In this document: positions 35,161 through 45,369 of the stretch, in pieces
Layout: every line of letters begins with the position of its first letter
Position numbering within the stretch: position 1 is the stretch's first letter
Source of the DNA: Octopus bimaculoides
Lineage: Eukaryota
Assembly: GCF_001194135.2 (NCBI RefSeq)
Contig: NC_068986.1
Span: 106,278,388-106,323,756 of the forward strand
Reading direction: 5' to 3'
Length of the DNA: 45,369 nucleotides
Notes under the pieces: model-generated
The model's input: the letters and a program-made list of their open reading frames with translations, nothing else
What the model was told of the DNA's origin: nothing
Database searches by the model: none
Position numbers and translations under genes: made by a program

Positions 35161-35978
35161 ATTGTGTTTTTGAACTATATATATATATATATATATGTAG
35201 GCTAAATTTTACCTGCTCCACTCCCCCAGTNNNNNNNNNNNNNNNNNNNNNNNNNNNNNNNNNNNNNNNNNNNNNNNNNNNNNNNNNNNNNNNNNNNNNN
35301 NNNNNNNNNNNNNNNNNNNNNNNNNNNNNNNNNNNNNNNNNNNNNNNNNNNNNNNNNNNNNNNNNNNNNNNNNNNNNNNNNNNNNNNNNNNNNNNNNNNN
35401 NNNNNNNNNNNNNNNNNNNNNNNNNNNNNNNNNNNNNNNNNNNNNNNNNNNNNNNNNNNNNNNNNNNNNNNNNNNNNNNNNNNNNNNNNNNNNNNNNNNN
35501 NNNNNNNNNNNNNNNNNNNNNNNNNNNNNNNNNNNNNNNNNNNNNNNNNNNNNNNNNNNNNNNNNNNNNNNNNNNNNNNNNNNNNNNNNNNNNNNNNNNN
35601 NNNNNNNNNNNNNNNNNNNNNNNNNNNNNNNNNNNNNNNNNNNNNNNNNNNNNNNNNNNNNNNNNNNNNNNNNNNNNNNNNNNNNNNNNNNNNNNNNNNN
35701 NNNNNNNNNNNNNNNNNNNNNNNNNNNNNNNNNNNNNNNNNNNNNNNNNNNNNNNNNNNNNNNNNNNNNNNNNNNNNNNNNNNNNNNNNNNNNNNNNNNN
35801 NNNNNNNNNNNNNNNNNNNNNNNNNNNNNNNNNNNNNNNNNNNNNNNNNNNNNNNNNNNNNNTATATATATATATATATACATGTATGTATATGTATCAT
35901 AGAAGTGTATATGTATATGCACGTGTGTGAATGGGTGAAATGCTTCCTCACAGTTCCTGACGAAGAAACTCCACTTAC

Positions 35979-35991
35979 AACTTTAGTAAAT
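35979..35991 (-). CDS. Candidate 13-nt microexon (ATTTACTAAAGTT) of an unidentified minus-strand gene
   Basis: About 38-nt U/C tract, then ctaatgcaattgtcacAG | 13 nt | GTAAGT; open in the phase left by the 43729-43789 exon (D-L-L-K). Confidence 0.35.
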
Positions 35992-36486
35992 CTGTGACAA
36001 TTGCATTAGAAAAGAAAAACAAAAAAAAAGAAAAGAAAAGAAAAACAATCTCTTCCATAAGCTGTTACAGTGTGAGAACAAACATGAATCTAGATGCTTC
36101 CGAAGCTAGTTACTTAACCTCAGAACTATATTTTACGTCGAAAACAGGGGTTAAATTTGACCAAAACAATGAACCGATGAACTAAATGCTCTATAACATA
36201 TTTATGTTAGACCTCGCTGCATGACGTTCCACCATCACTGCAATCGATATTTACTTTTAAATAAAATTCTCTCAAGGGTTCAATACAATAAGTACGACTA
36301 ATATATAGAATTGAATTTTGACAATCATTCCCCTGCCGTATAAATATTGATCTTGTTCGATCTAGTCATAGGAAATCAATATTATCATACCTCTGCTGCC
36401 TGTTTTATTCCATTAGTTGTATTCTGTTTCGTTTTATCTTTTCCCATTGCTTTCTTTCACTTTCGCTTTCGCTTTAGCTCTCTCTC

Positions 36487-36613
36487 TCTCTCTCCCTCTC
36501 TCACTTAATCTCTCTTAGTCTTTCACTTTCTCTCTCTCTCTCTCACTTAATCTCTCTTAGTCTTTCACTTTCTCTCTCTCTCTCTCACTTAATCTCGCTT
36601 AGTCTTTCACTTT
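36487..36613. repeat. About 42-bp minisatellite x3, (CT)n-cacttaatctctcttagtctttcactt
   Basis: Direct reading. Confidence 0.85.
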
Positions 36614-36994
36614 GTCTCTCAGTTTCCGTCTCTCTCACCCATTGCTTCTCCTCTCTCTCTCCCTCTCCCTCTCTCCCCATCTTTCGTACATCCGTTTTCT
36701 ATTTTCTCATTTAAATTATTCTTCATTCAATTAATTTTTGTTTTGTTTTGTTTAATCTTTCACCAATGTTTCCACCAAGTCGCTTCATCTCTTTCTTTAG
36801 TTGTTTGCTTTTATTTCCTTCTCTCTTTTTATTCACTTCCTTCCTTCCTTCCTTCCTTATTTCATTCTACCTTCCTCGCCAAGTACGTCGGTATATTTCG
36901 TCCTTTCACCATCCATTCTTTTCTTCCTACCATCATTTAGTTTTTTTTTCCCCTAAAATATTTTGTGTCACTTCAACATTCATTCCGTTGACAT

Positions 36995-37003
36995 CTTCAT
37001 CAT

Positions 37004-37034
<31 letters not shown>

Positions 37035-37205
37035 AGAATCATCATCGTCATCATCATCATCATCCTCGTCATCATCAACGTCTTCTTCTTCTTCTTCTTC
37101 TTCTTCTTCTTCTTCTTCTTCTTCTTCTTCTTCTTCTTCTTCTTCTTCTTCTTCTTCTTCTTCTTCGTTGTCGTCGTCGTCGTCGTCGTCGTCGTCGTTG
37201 TCATC
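36995..37205. repeat. (CAT)n(CAG)n(CTT)n(GTC)n compound trinucleotide tract
   Basis: Direct reading; source of the poly-S/F/K ORFs. Confidence 0.95.
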
Positions 37206-37625
37206 GTCCCCTGCATCTCATGCTTTTGTGTTTATCAAACTACGTAATGTGCTAAGTGGAAGATTAAATTTGATTGCGAGAATACACGAAAATGTCATGA
37301 CTTGGCTAAGGATCAACAGCATGAATGCATTTCTTTGGAGAACACACATATAATCAAACACACATAGGAAACACGCAAACGCATAAACCTATTCACTCAT
37401 CATGCACACGCATGCGCGAGCATGTATTCTCTGAGGCACTTAATCATAGGGACATACTCAAGTAAATGCCTGAATGTCCATAAATATGTATAAATGAATA
37501 TAAATTGATACACAGGCAATATATATTAATATGGACCTGTATATGCGCATGTACATATAAATATACAGGTCACGCACACACGATCCAACACGCGTGCTTA
37601 CTTGTGTGTGTCTGTGTGTGTGTGG

Positions 37626-37664
<39 letters not shown>

Positions 37665-37730
37665 TGTGTGTGTGTGTGTGTGTGTGTATGCGTGTACGAC
37701 CTTATGGTTTCAATTACTGAACGGGTTAAC

Positions 37731-38184
37731 GCGGTGAGCTGACAGAAATGCTTAGCGATATTTCGTCTGCCGTTACGTTCTGAGTTCAAATTCCTCCGAG
37801 GTCGACTTTGCCTTTCATCTTTCGGGGTCGATGAACTAAGTAACAGTTACGCAATAGGGTCGATGTAATCGACTTAATCACCTTGACTGTCCTTGTTTGT
37901 CCCTTCTATGTTTAGCCCTTTGTGGGAAATAAAGAAATAAGAAATAAGAAACGTTAGCACGCCGGGCGAAATGCCTAGTGGTATTTTGCCTGCCGTTACG
38001 TTCTGAGTTCAAATTACGCCGAAGTCGATTTTGCCTTTCATCCTTCGGGGTCGATTATATAAGTACCAGTCACGCAGTGGCGTCGATATAATAGACTTAA
38101 TCCTTTTGTCTGTTCTTGTTTGTCCCCTCTGTGTGTGTGTAGCCCTTGTGGGCAGTAAAGAAATAAGAAACGTTAGCACGCCGG
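37731..38184 (+). mobile_element. SINE family B multimer (tail-1 unit, tail-1 unit, start of a third unit)
   Basis: Junctions gaaataagaa|acgttagcacgccgg at about 37950 and about 38169. Confidence 0.9.
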
Positions 38185-38454
38185 TACGTGGTTGAATTGT
38201 TTGCAGTGATGAGGACGTAGTCCATACTGACAAGGGCTTAATACCGTACTCTTGGGTATGAAGCAGGTAAGCCTAAGACGGTATATCTGGATTGTCGGCT
38301 GTCACTGGCTTAAAGGTTAACAACAGGGCGTACCTCTTGTCGACGAATACTACAAGTTGGTGGAGTATGTGTAAACCACTTCTGACAATCCATCCAGGCA
38401 CCTCACTTCTGGTTACTCTCACGGAAATGCTGTTGCCGTTATATTGTTTATTTT

Positions 38455-38748
38455 CCCTTCATTCTTGTACTTGCTTCAGTTATTTGACGGCGGCCATGCT
38501 GGAGCATCGCCTTGAAGGGTTTTAGTCAAGCAAATCGACCTGAGGACTCATTGTTAATCCTCGAACTTATTCTATCGGTCTCTTTTGCCGAGTCACTAAG
38601 TTACGGGGGCGCAAAAACACAAACACCGGTTGTCAAGCGGTGATGAGAAGACAAGCACAAAGACACACGCGCACATACATACACACATACACACACACGT
38701 ACATACACACATACAAACACACGTATACGACGGGCTTCTTTCAGTTTC
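38455..38748 (-). mobile_element. SINE family A 3' two-thirds
   Basis: tgcttcagttatttgacggcggccatgctggagca...gacgggcttctttcagttt. Confidence 0.85.
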
Positions 38749-39332
38749 TAGTAGAAGCAACCTGCAGCGGGACTGTACTCAACCGCAACATCTCGCTCTG
38801 CTATGTGTAGCAACAAACGAACCGAACTGAGGCCACTAAATAAATGACCTCAACCTTCAAGTTTAGTAGCGAGAGCTACATGACAGCCTGTGGGCTTAGG
38901 ACCAAAGAAAGGAACTGAAGTCACTTCCAGACTGCACTGATAAGCCATTGGTCAGAAAACTCGGGTTATAAAACAGCCTATGGCGGGCCGTACAATTAAT
39001 GGCTGGAGGGACAAATATACTTTTCTTCTGGTTGCATCTACATAATTTCAGATAGGTGAGGCTTCTTATGTCAATGGAAGATTGTTTTTCCTCTACCACG
39101 CTATATTGGGAAGCATGAAGAATTGTTGAAAATTTGCATAATGGGAAAAATGTAAATGTTTCAAACTTTCAACATTTGTCCTTGTGCTTATTGCGGGACA
39201 ATGATGATGCGAGGTGTAATACAGAATAATATTTCTACAACTGTTATGCAATAATTACATAATTTTTTGTGAATACGTGTACATTCTATAAAACACTGAA
39301 AACCATACCAGTTTTCTTTCTATTATTATTCC

Positions 39333-39380
<48 letters not shown>

Positions 39381-39395
39381 GATGATGATGAAAAT

Positions 39396-39722
39396 AGTGA
39401 GCTGGCAGAATCGTTAGCACTACGAGCAAAGTGCTTAGCGGTATTCGTTCGCCTTTACGTTCTGAGTTCAAATTCCTCCGAAGTCGACTTTACCTTTCGT
39501 CATTTCGGAGTCGATAAATTACGTACCAGTGAAACGCTGAGGTCGATGTAATTGACTAGTCCGCTCCCCACAAATTTCAGGCCTTGTGCCCAGAGTAAAA
39601 AGGATTATCATTATTATATGGCAGTGAGCTGGTAGAATCCTTAGCACTCTCAGCTCAATCCTTAGTGGCATTTCATCCGCCCAGGTCAAATTTGCCTTCC
39701 AACGTTTCGAGGTCGATAAAAT
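39396..39722 (+). mobile_element. Two stacked SINE family B copies (39396-39610 and 39619-39722, second one deleted), next to (TAT)n at 39322-39388
   Basis: Two heads gtgagctggcagaatcgttagcac and gcagtgagctggtagaatccttagcac. Confidence 0.85.
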
Positions 39723-39730
39723 AAGTGTCC

Positions 39731-39908
39731 GAGTGTGACAAAGAGGGGCTCTTTGAAATACAGGCACAACACATTCTAGCCAGCCGAGTGGAATGGATCA
39801 AAGTGAAATAAATTGTCTTGCTCAAGGACACAATGCATCGCCGGGGATCGAACTCAGGAGTTAACGACGATGGTGAGCCGAATTCCCCTAGCCACTACAC
39901 CACGCACC
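39731..39908 (-). mobile_element. SINE family C variant, 5' part
   Basis: gtgaaataaattgtcttgctcaaggacacaa..gccggggatcgaactc; similar to 7500-7677. Confidence 0.75.
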
Positions 39909-40584
39909 ATCAGAAGTTAAAATATGCCACAACTATCATACATCCATATATATATATATATATATGGATATATATATATATGGATATATATATATATATA
40001 TATATANNNNNNNNNNNNNNNNNNNNNNNNNNNNNNNNNNNNNNNNNNNNNNNNNNNNNNNNNNNNNNNNNNNNNNNNNNNNNNNNNNNNNNNNNNNNNN
40101 NNNNNNNNNNNNNNNNNNNNNNNNNNNNNNNNNNNNNNNNNNNNNNNNNNNNNNNNNNNNNNNNNNNNNNNNNNNNNNNNNNNNNNNNNNNNNNNNNNNN
40201 NNNNNNNNNNNNNNNNNNNNNNNNNNNNNNNNNNNNNNNNNNNNNNNNNNNNNNNNNNNNNNNNNNNNNNNNNNNNNNNNNNNNNNNNNNNNNNNNNNNN
40301 NNNNNNNNNNNNNNNNNNNNNNNNNNNNNNNNNNNNNNNNNNNNNNNNNNNNNNNNNNNNNNNNNNNNNNNNNNNNNNNNNNNNNNNNNNNNNNNNNNNN
40401 NNNNNNNNNNNNNNNNNNNNNNNNNNNNNNNNNNNNNNNNNNNNNNNNNNNNNNNNNNNNNNNNNNNNNNNNNNNNNNNNNNNNNNNNNNNNNNNNNNNN
40501 NNNNNNNNNNNNNNNNNNNNNNNNNNNNNNNNNNNNNNNNNNNNNNNNNNNNNNNNNNTATATGGATATATATATATATATATT

Positions 40585-40633
<49 letters not shown>

Positions 40634-40652
40634 TATACATATATATATATAT

Positions 40653-41008
40653 CTTATACTTGTTTCAGTCATGTGACTGCGGCCATGCTGGAGCACCGTA
40701 TGTAGTCGAGCAAATATTCTATCGGTCTCTTTTTGTCGAACCGCTAAGTTACGGAGACGTAAACACATCTGCATCGCTTGTCAATTCATGTTGCAGGACA
40801 AACACAGACACACATACATATACGCACATATATACATATATACGACAGGCTTCTTTCAGTTTCCGTCTACCAAATGCACTCACAAGGCTTTGGTCGGCCC
40901 GAGGCTATAGTAGAAAACACTTGGCCAAGGTGCCATGCAGTGGGAATGAAACTGGAACCATATGGTTGGTTGCCAAGCTACTTAACACACAGCCACTCCT
41001 GCGCCTAT
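40653..41008 (-). mobile_element. SINE family A, near full length with an internal deletion
   Basis: Head taggcgcaggagtggctgtgtgttaag; tail gtttcagtcatgtgactgcggccatgctggagcacc. Confidence 0.9.
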
Positions 41009-41992
41009 ACATACATATATATACATACATACATATATATATATATGCATACATANNNNNNNNNNNNNNNNNNNNNNNNNNNNNNNNNNNNNNNNNNNNN
41101 NNNNNNNNNNNNNNNNNNNNNNNNNNNNNNNNNNNNNNNNNNNNNNNNNNNNNNNNNNNNNNNNNNNNNNNNNNNNNNNNNNNNNNNNNNNNNNNNNNNN
41201 NNNNNNNNNNNNNNNNNNNNNNNNNNNNNNNNNNNNNNNNNNNNNNNNNNNNNNNNNNNNNNNNNNNNNNNNNNNNNNNNNNNNNNNNNNNNNNNNNNNN
41301 NNNNNNNNNNNNNNNNNNNNNNNNNNNNNNNNNNNNNNNNNNNNNNNNNNNNNNNNNNNNNNNNNNNNNNNNNNNNNNNNNNNNNNNNNNNNNNNNNNNN
41401 NNNNNNNNNNNNNNNNNNNNNNNNNNNNNNNNNNNNNNNNNNNNNNNNNNNNNNNNNNNNNNNNNNNNNNNNNNNNNNNNNNNNNNNNNNNNNNNNNNNN
41501 NNNNNNNNNNNNNNNNNNNNNNNNNNNNNNNNNNNNNNNNNNNNNNNNNNNNNNNNNNNNNNNNNNNNNNNNNNNNNNNNNNNNNNNNNNNNNNNNNNNN
41601 NNNNNNNNNNNNNNNNNNNNNNNNNNNNNNNNNNNNNNNNNNNNNNNNNNNNNNNNNNNNNNNNNNNNNNNNNNNNNNNNNNNNNNNNNNNNNNNNNNNN
41701 NNNNNNNNNNNNNNNNNNNNNNNNNNNNNNNNNNNNNNNNNNNNNNNNNNNNNNNNNNNNNNNNNNNNNNNNNNNNNNNNNNNNNNNNNNNNNNNNNNNN
41801 NNNNNNNNNNNNNNNNNNNNNNNNNNNNNNNNNNNNNNNNNNNNNNNNNNNNNNNNNNNNNNNNNNNNNNNNNNNNNNNNNNNNNNNNNNNNNNNNNNNN
41901 NNNNNNNNNNNNNNNNNNNNNNNNNNNNNNNNNNNNNNNNNNNNNNNNATATATATGACATGTATGTAGGTATATGCATGTGTGCGTGTGTT

Positions 41993-42035
<43 letters not shown>

Positions 42036-42089
42036 CACTCATGGATTTGTACACAAGCATACAAATATACATATGTGCATATAAATATA

Positions 42090-42121
<32 letters not shown>

Positions 42122-42164
42122 CACGTATGCATAAGCATACATACCCACAAGTATACACACACGT

Positions 42165-42278
42165 ACACACGCAGAGAGAGAAAGAGATAGATAAAGAGAG
42201 AGATAAAGAGAGGAAGAGAGAGATAGAGAGAGAGAGAGGGAGATAGAGAGAGAGAGAGAGATAGAGAGAGAGAGAGAT
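42165..42278. repeat. (GA)n / (GATA) low-complexity tract
   Basis: Direct reading. Confidence 0.9.
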
Positions 42279-42463
42279 GAGTTTGTAGCAGAAATTTTTT
42301 ACGAGTCGTTAAGTTTACCACTTTCGCGCTTGAGTCGTTAAGGTGACTGGCGATGAAACAAATGAGGTTATATATATATTTATTTATAAAGAACATGTGC
42401 GCGCGGACACTCACTCATACACCCACAGATACACACACACATATACACGGACCAATTATGTAT

Positions 42464-42534
<71 letters not shown>

Positions 42535-42537
42535 CAC

Positions 42538-42549
42538 CTAATGAATCAC
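42538..42549 (-). CDS. Candidate 12-nt frame-preserving microexon (GTGATTCATTAG), or an AG|GT recursive splice site
   Basis: Strong acceptor ctttttctcttgtttttctttcAG; weak donor TAG|gtgtat; reads G-D-S-L in phase with neighbouring candidates. Confidence 0.22.
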   Translation of the reverse strand: MIH

Positions 42550-43728
42550 CTGAAAGAAAAACAAGAGAAAAAGCTGATAACCAGCATATACATACCGGCA
42601 TNNNNNNNNNNNNNNNNNNNNNNNNNNNNNNNNNNNNNNNNNNNNNNNNNNNNNNNNNNNNNNNNNNNNNNNNNNNNNNNNNNNNNNNNNNNNNNNNNAT
42701 ATATAACGTTTCTAATATATTTTGCTACAGCTAATGTTTTCTTTTAGGAAAATATTTTTCAGCTATTTGCGATTTTTGCTGCTGTTTGTTCTTTCGTGTT
42801 GTATATTTGGCCTCTGTCCACATATAACCTCTTTCTGTTTCTATTAGTCACCTTACAGACATTGAGATATTTGGTTTACTTCTTTAAAATTTCTGGTATA
42901 AATAAATTACATTGCACTTTTTCTGGACAATATTAAACTTCTGTGCTTAAAAGAATATAATACGTATGTATGTATGCATGTATGTATGTATGTATGTATG
43001 TATTTGTGTGTGAGCGCTCTTGCGTGTGTATGTTGACATGAAACAATCTTTCGTTATAACTGTGATTGAATTTTGGAATTTTTTTTATTGTAGAGATTAA
43101 CTTCTGTTACCATTTGGTGTTGGTTCCAATGCCACCAGGCGATACGCCTACTCTCCCTGCAAGCTGTGATAATTTCCATTGATTGGGAATTGAAAATGTA
43201 TTCATTTAATGTAGCTATATTCATTTATACCCTTCCGATATCGTAAACTGGGTACTTAGAGTTATTTGTCTTTGTGAATTTTCGCTTCAATCATTCATAC
43301 TTACACACCTACACATGAAAGCATGTGAATATGTGTATAAATATTCATATATATATATATATGTGTGTGTGTGTATGTATGCATGCGCATATGAACGTAC
43401 GTATGTATGTTTGTGTGTATGTATCTTATTATTCAGTCTTATTTCAAGATTTCTTGCCAATAGAGAAAGATCCAGTTTCTAACCTAGATCCAATGCTCCT
43501 TTATTGGAATTTCAACATTTAAACTGTGTGTTTTGTATATATATGTATGCATGTATAAATGTATGTACGTAGTATGTATGTATGTATACGTTCAGATTTG
43601 CATGTTTTGTTTTATGTATGTATTCCCGTGCACATAGTTGCATATCTAGACATGCTCATAACTCCAAGAGAAATGAGTTTTGTAGTTACGGTTTCTTCTA
43701 TAAATACAGCTAGAAAGAATTTGCTTAC

Positions 43729-43789
43729 CTGCTGGGCTGTTGTTTTCCTTCTGTTCCTCGATTGTGTTGTTGTTGATGTGTCCAGCCAT
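43729..43789 (-). CDS. Candidate first coding exon, MAGHINNNTIEEQKENNSPA(G), phase 1; product not recognised
   Basis: Initiation context aaacaaaATGG and near-consensus donor CAG|GTAAGC; 61 coding nt. Confidence 0.4.
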
Positions 43790-43807
43790 TTTGTTTGTAG
43801 TAACTCT

Positions 43808-44075
43808 CTGTAGTGAATTTGATAGACGGAAACTGAAAGAAGCCCGTCGTATATATGTATGTATATATATATGTGTGTGTGTGTGTGGGTGTTTGTACCC
43901 ATCCCCCTCAATAGATGCTGGTGTGTTTACGTTCTCGTCACTTAGCAAAATAAACCGATAAAATAAGTACTAGGCTTACAAAAATTAAGTCCTGGGGTTG
44001 ATTTCTTCGACTAAAGGCAGTGCTCCAGCATGGCCGCGGTCAAATGACTGAAACAAGTAAAAGACAAAAAAAGAA
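43808..44075 (+). mobile_element. SINE family A lacking its head
   Basis: gtgaatttgatagacggaaactgaaagaagcccgtcg...gctccagcatggccgcggtcaaatgactgaaacaagtaaaag. Confidence 0.88.
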
Positions 44076-44084
44076 TATTATACA

Positions 44085-44337
44085 CAGAGAGAGATTGAGA
44101 GAGAGAGGGGGGAGACAGAGAAAGAGATTGAGAGAGAGAAAGAGATTGCGAGAGAGAAAGAGATTGAGAGAGAGAAAGAGATTGAGAGGGAGAAAGAGAT
44201 TGAGAGAGAGAAAGAAATTGAGATGGAGAAAGAGATTGAGAGAGAGAAAGAAATTGAGATGGAGAAAGAGATTGAGAGAGAGAAAGAGATTGAGAGAGAG
44301 AAAGAGAGAGAGAGAAAGATAGAGAGAGAGAGAGAGT
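44085..44337. repeat. 18-bp purine minisatellite (gagattgagagagagaaa)n grading into (GA)n
   Basis: Direct reading; gives the artefactual RLRERK ORF. Confidence 0.9.
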
Positions 44338-44784
44338 AGAAAGAAAAGCATTTTTATCGTGAATTGATTCGTGCTTGCAATTATAGACAATGAGTTGCGA
44401 GAGAATCGCTGAAAATTATAGAAATGTATAGCTTTGGTGAAAAGATATATGATAAAAAGGTATTTAACGGATTTGTATATGAACAGTGAAACATGTTCAA
44501 ATGTGTCTCCGTGTGATATACTGATAACCATAAAATATATACTACTCGGAATGTTCATTTTTAGATTATTTCGATACGTCTTCTTAGCGTAGATTCAACA
44601 TGAGTTACGACTAAGACGTCAAATTACTGCATATTTCATGGTACACATTTATTGTGCCTTTTTATTACTTGACAGACTCTCTTAATCTTCTTTCGGTTGC
44701 ACACACACACACACACACACTCACATACACGTACTCACACACGCCGGTGATTACCGATAGATAGATAAATATATACATAGATAT

Positions 44785-44889
44785 ATACACATGTATGTGT
44801 GGGACATTGGGCAAGAGTCTTGTAATGTAGCCTCATGGCAACTAAAGACTTGTGAGTGGATTTGGTAGACCAAAAATGAAAGAAGCCTG

Positions 44890-44924
<35 letters not shown>

Positions 44925-45130
44925 TGAGTGTGTGTATGTGTATGTGTGTGGGTTAGTATGTCGTTTCTGTGATTCTGTCCCACTACAGCTTTAACAACCA
45001 AATGTTGGAGTGTTTACTTCCTCGTTAACTAGCGGTTCGGTAAAAAGACCGATAGAATAAGTACCAGGCTTTAAAAATAAGAGCTGGTGTCTATTGGCTG
45101 CAGTCAATTGATTGAACAAAAATAGAGGTA
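44785..45130 (+). mobile_element. SINE family A, degenerate
   Basis: ttgggcaagagtcttgtaatgtagcctc...gtgagtggatttggtagac...gcggttcggtaaaaagaccgatagaataagtaccaggc. Confidence 0.75.
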
Positions 45131-45369
45131 AAAGATAAATTACAAAAGATATGTGTGTGTGTGTGTGTGTATGTGGAGTAGATAAAACAGCTGACAACTA
45201 ACGAAGTGTCGTTCTCTATGAAACTTGTCTTGTTTTCCATTTGTTTCTTTCGTTGTCCACAAAAAAAAAATTCCTGTTCCATGTTTTCGTACTCGGATTT
45301 CATGTTGTTTACGTTCTATGAGGTCCTGTACCCATATATGCTTATGTATATACATATATGTATATATAT

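Noticed and set aside
38203-38230. gtgatga-ggac-gta-gtcc-ata-ctga: C/D snoRNA or hammerhead
   Set aside because: Only 14 nt between the C- and D-like boxes, and no GAAA after the hairpin.
44020-44558. RLRERK-repeat (plus) and LFLSLN-repeat (minus) ORFs
   Set aside because: Produced by an 18-bp minisatellite next to a SINE tail; open on both strands only because of the repeat.

Overview
AT-rich, repeat-dominated animal genomic DNA from a gapped draft scaffold, with 11 N-gaps, nearly all flanked by microsatellites. The SINE families and microsatellite load look like an Octopus/coleoid cephalopod genome; this is recognition from memory, not a database result. No complete protein-coding gene is visible, and almost all long ORFs in the track are microsatellite or N-gap artefacts. 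Supportable content: three tRNA-derived SINE families (here called A, B, C; about 40 copies or units), decayed R4/Dong-clade non-LTR fragments tied to (TAA)n tracts, three Penelope-like element (PLE) remnants (one with RT, GIY-YIG and a downstream minimal hammerhead), mariner remnants, two fold-back elements and many simple repeats. The most notable observations are: (1) a 7-unit same-strand stack of family-B SINEs of unequal age, with a recurring AATATT-anchored junction and a nested copy bounded by an exact 14-bp TSD; (2) a candidate minus-strand host gene made of a start-codon exon plus 12-nt and 13-nt microexons in compatible phases; (3) a SINE carrying an internal inversion that duplicates its tRNA head as 65-bp inverted arms; (4) minimal hammerhead motifs. 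I cannot claim a new biological system. These are leads that need RNA-seq and genome-wide checks.
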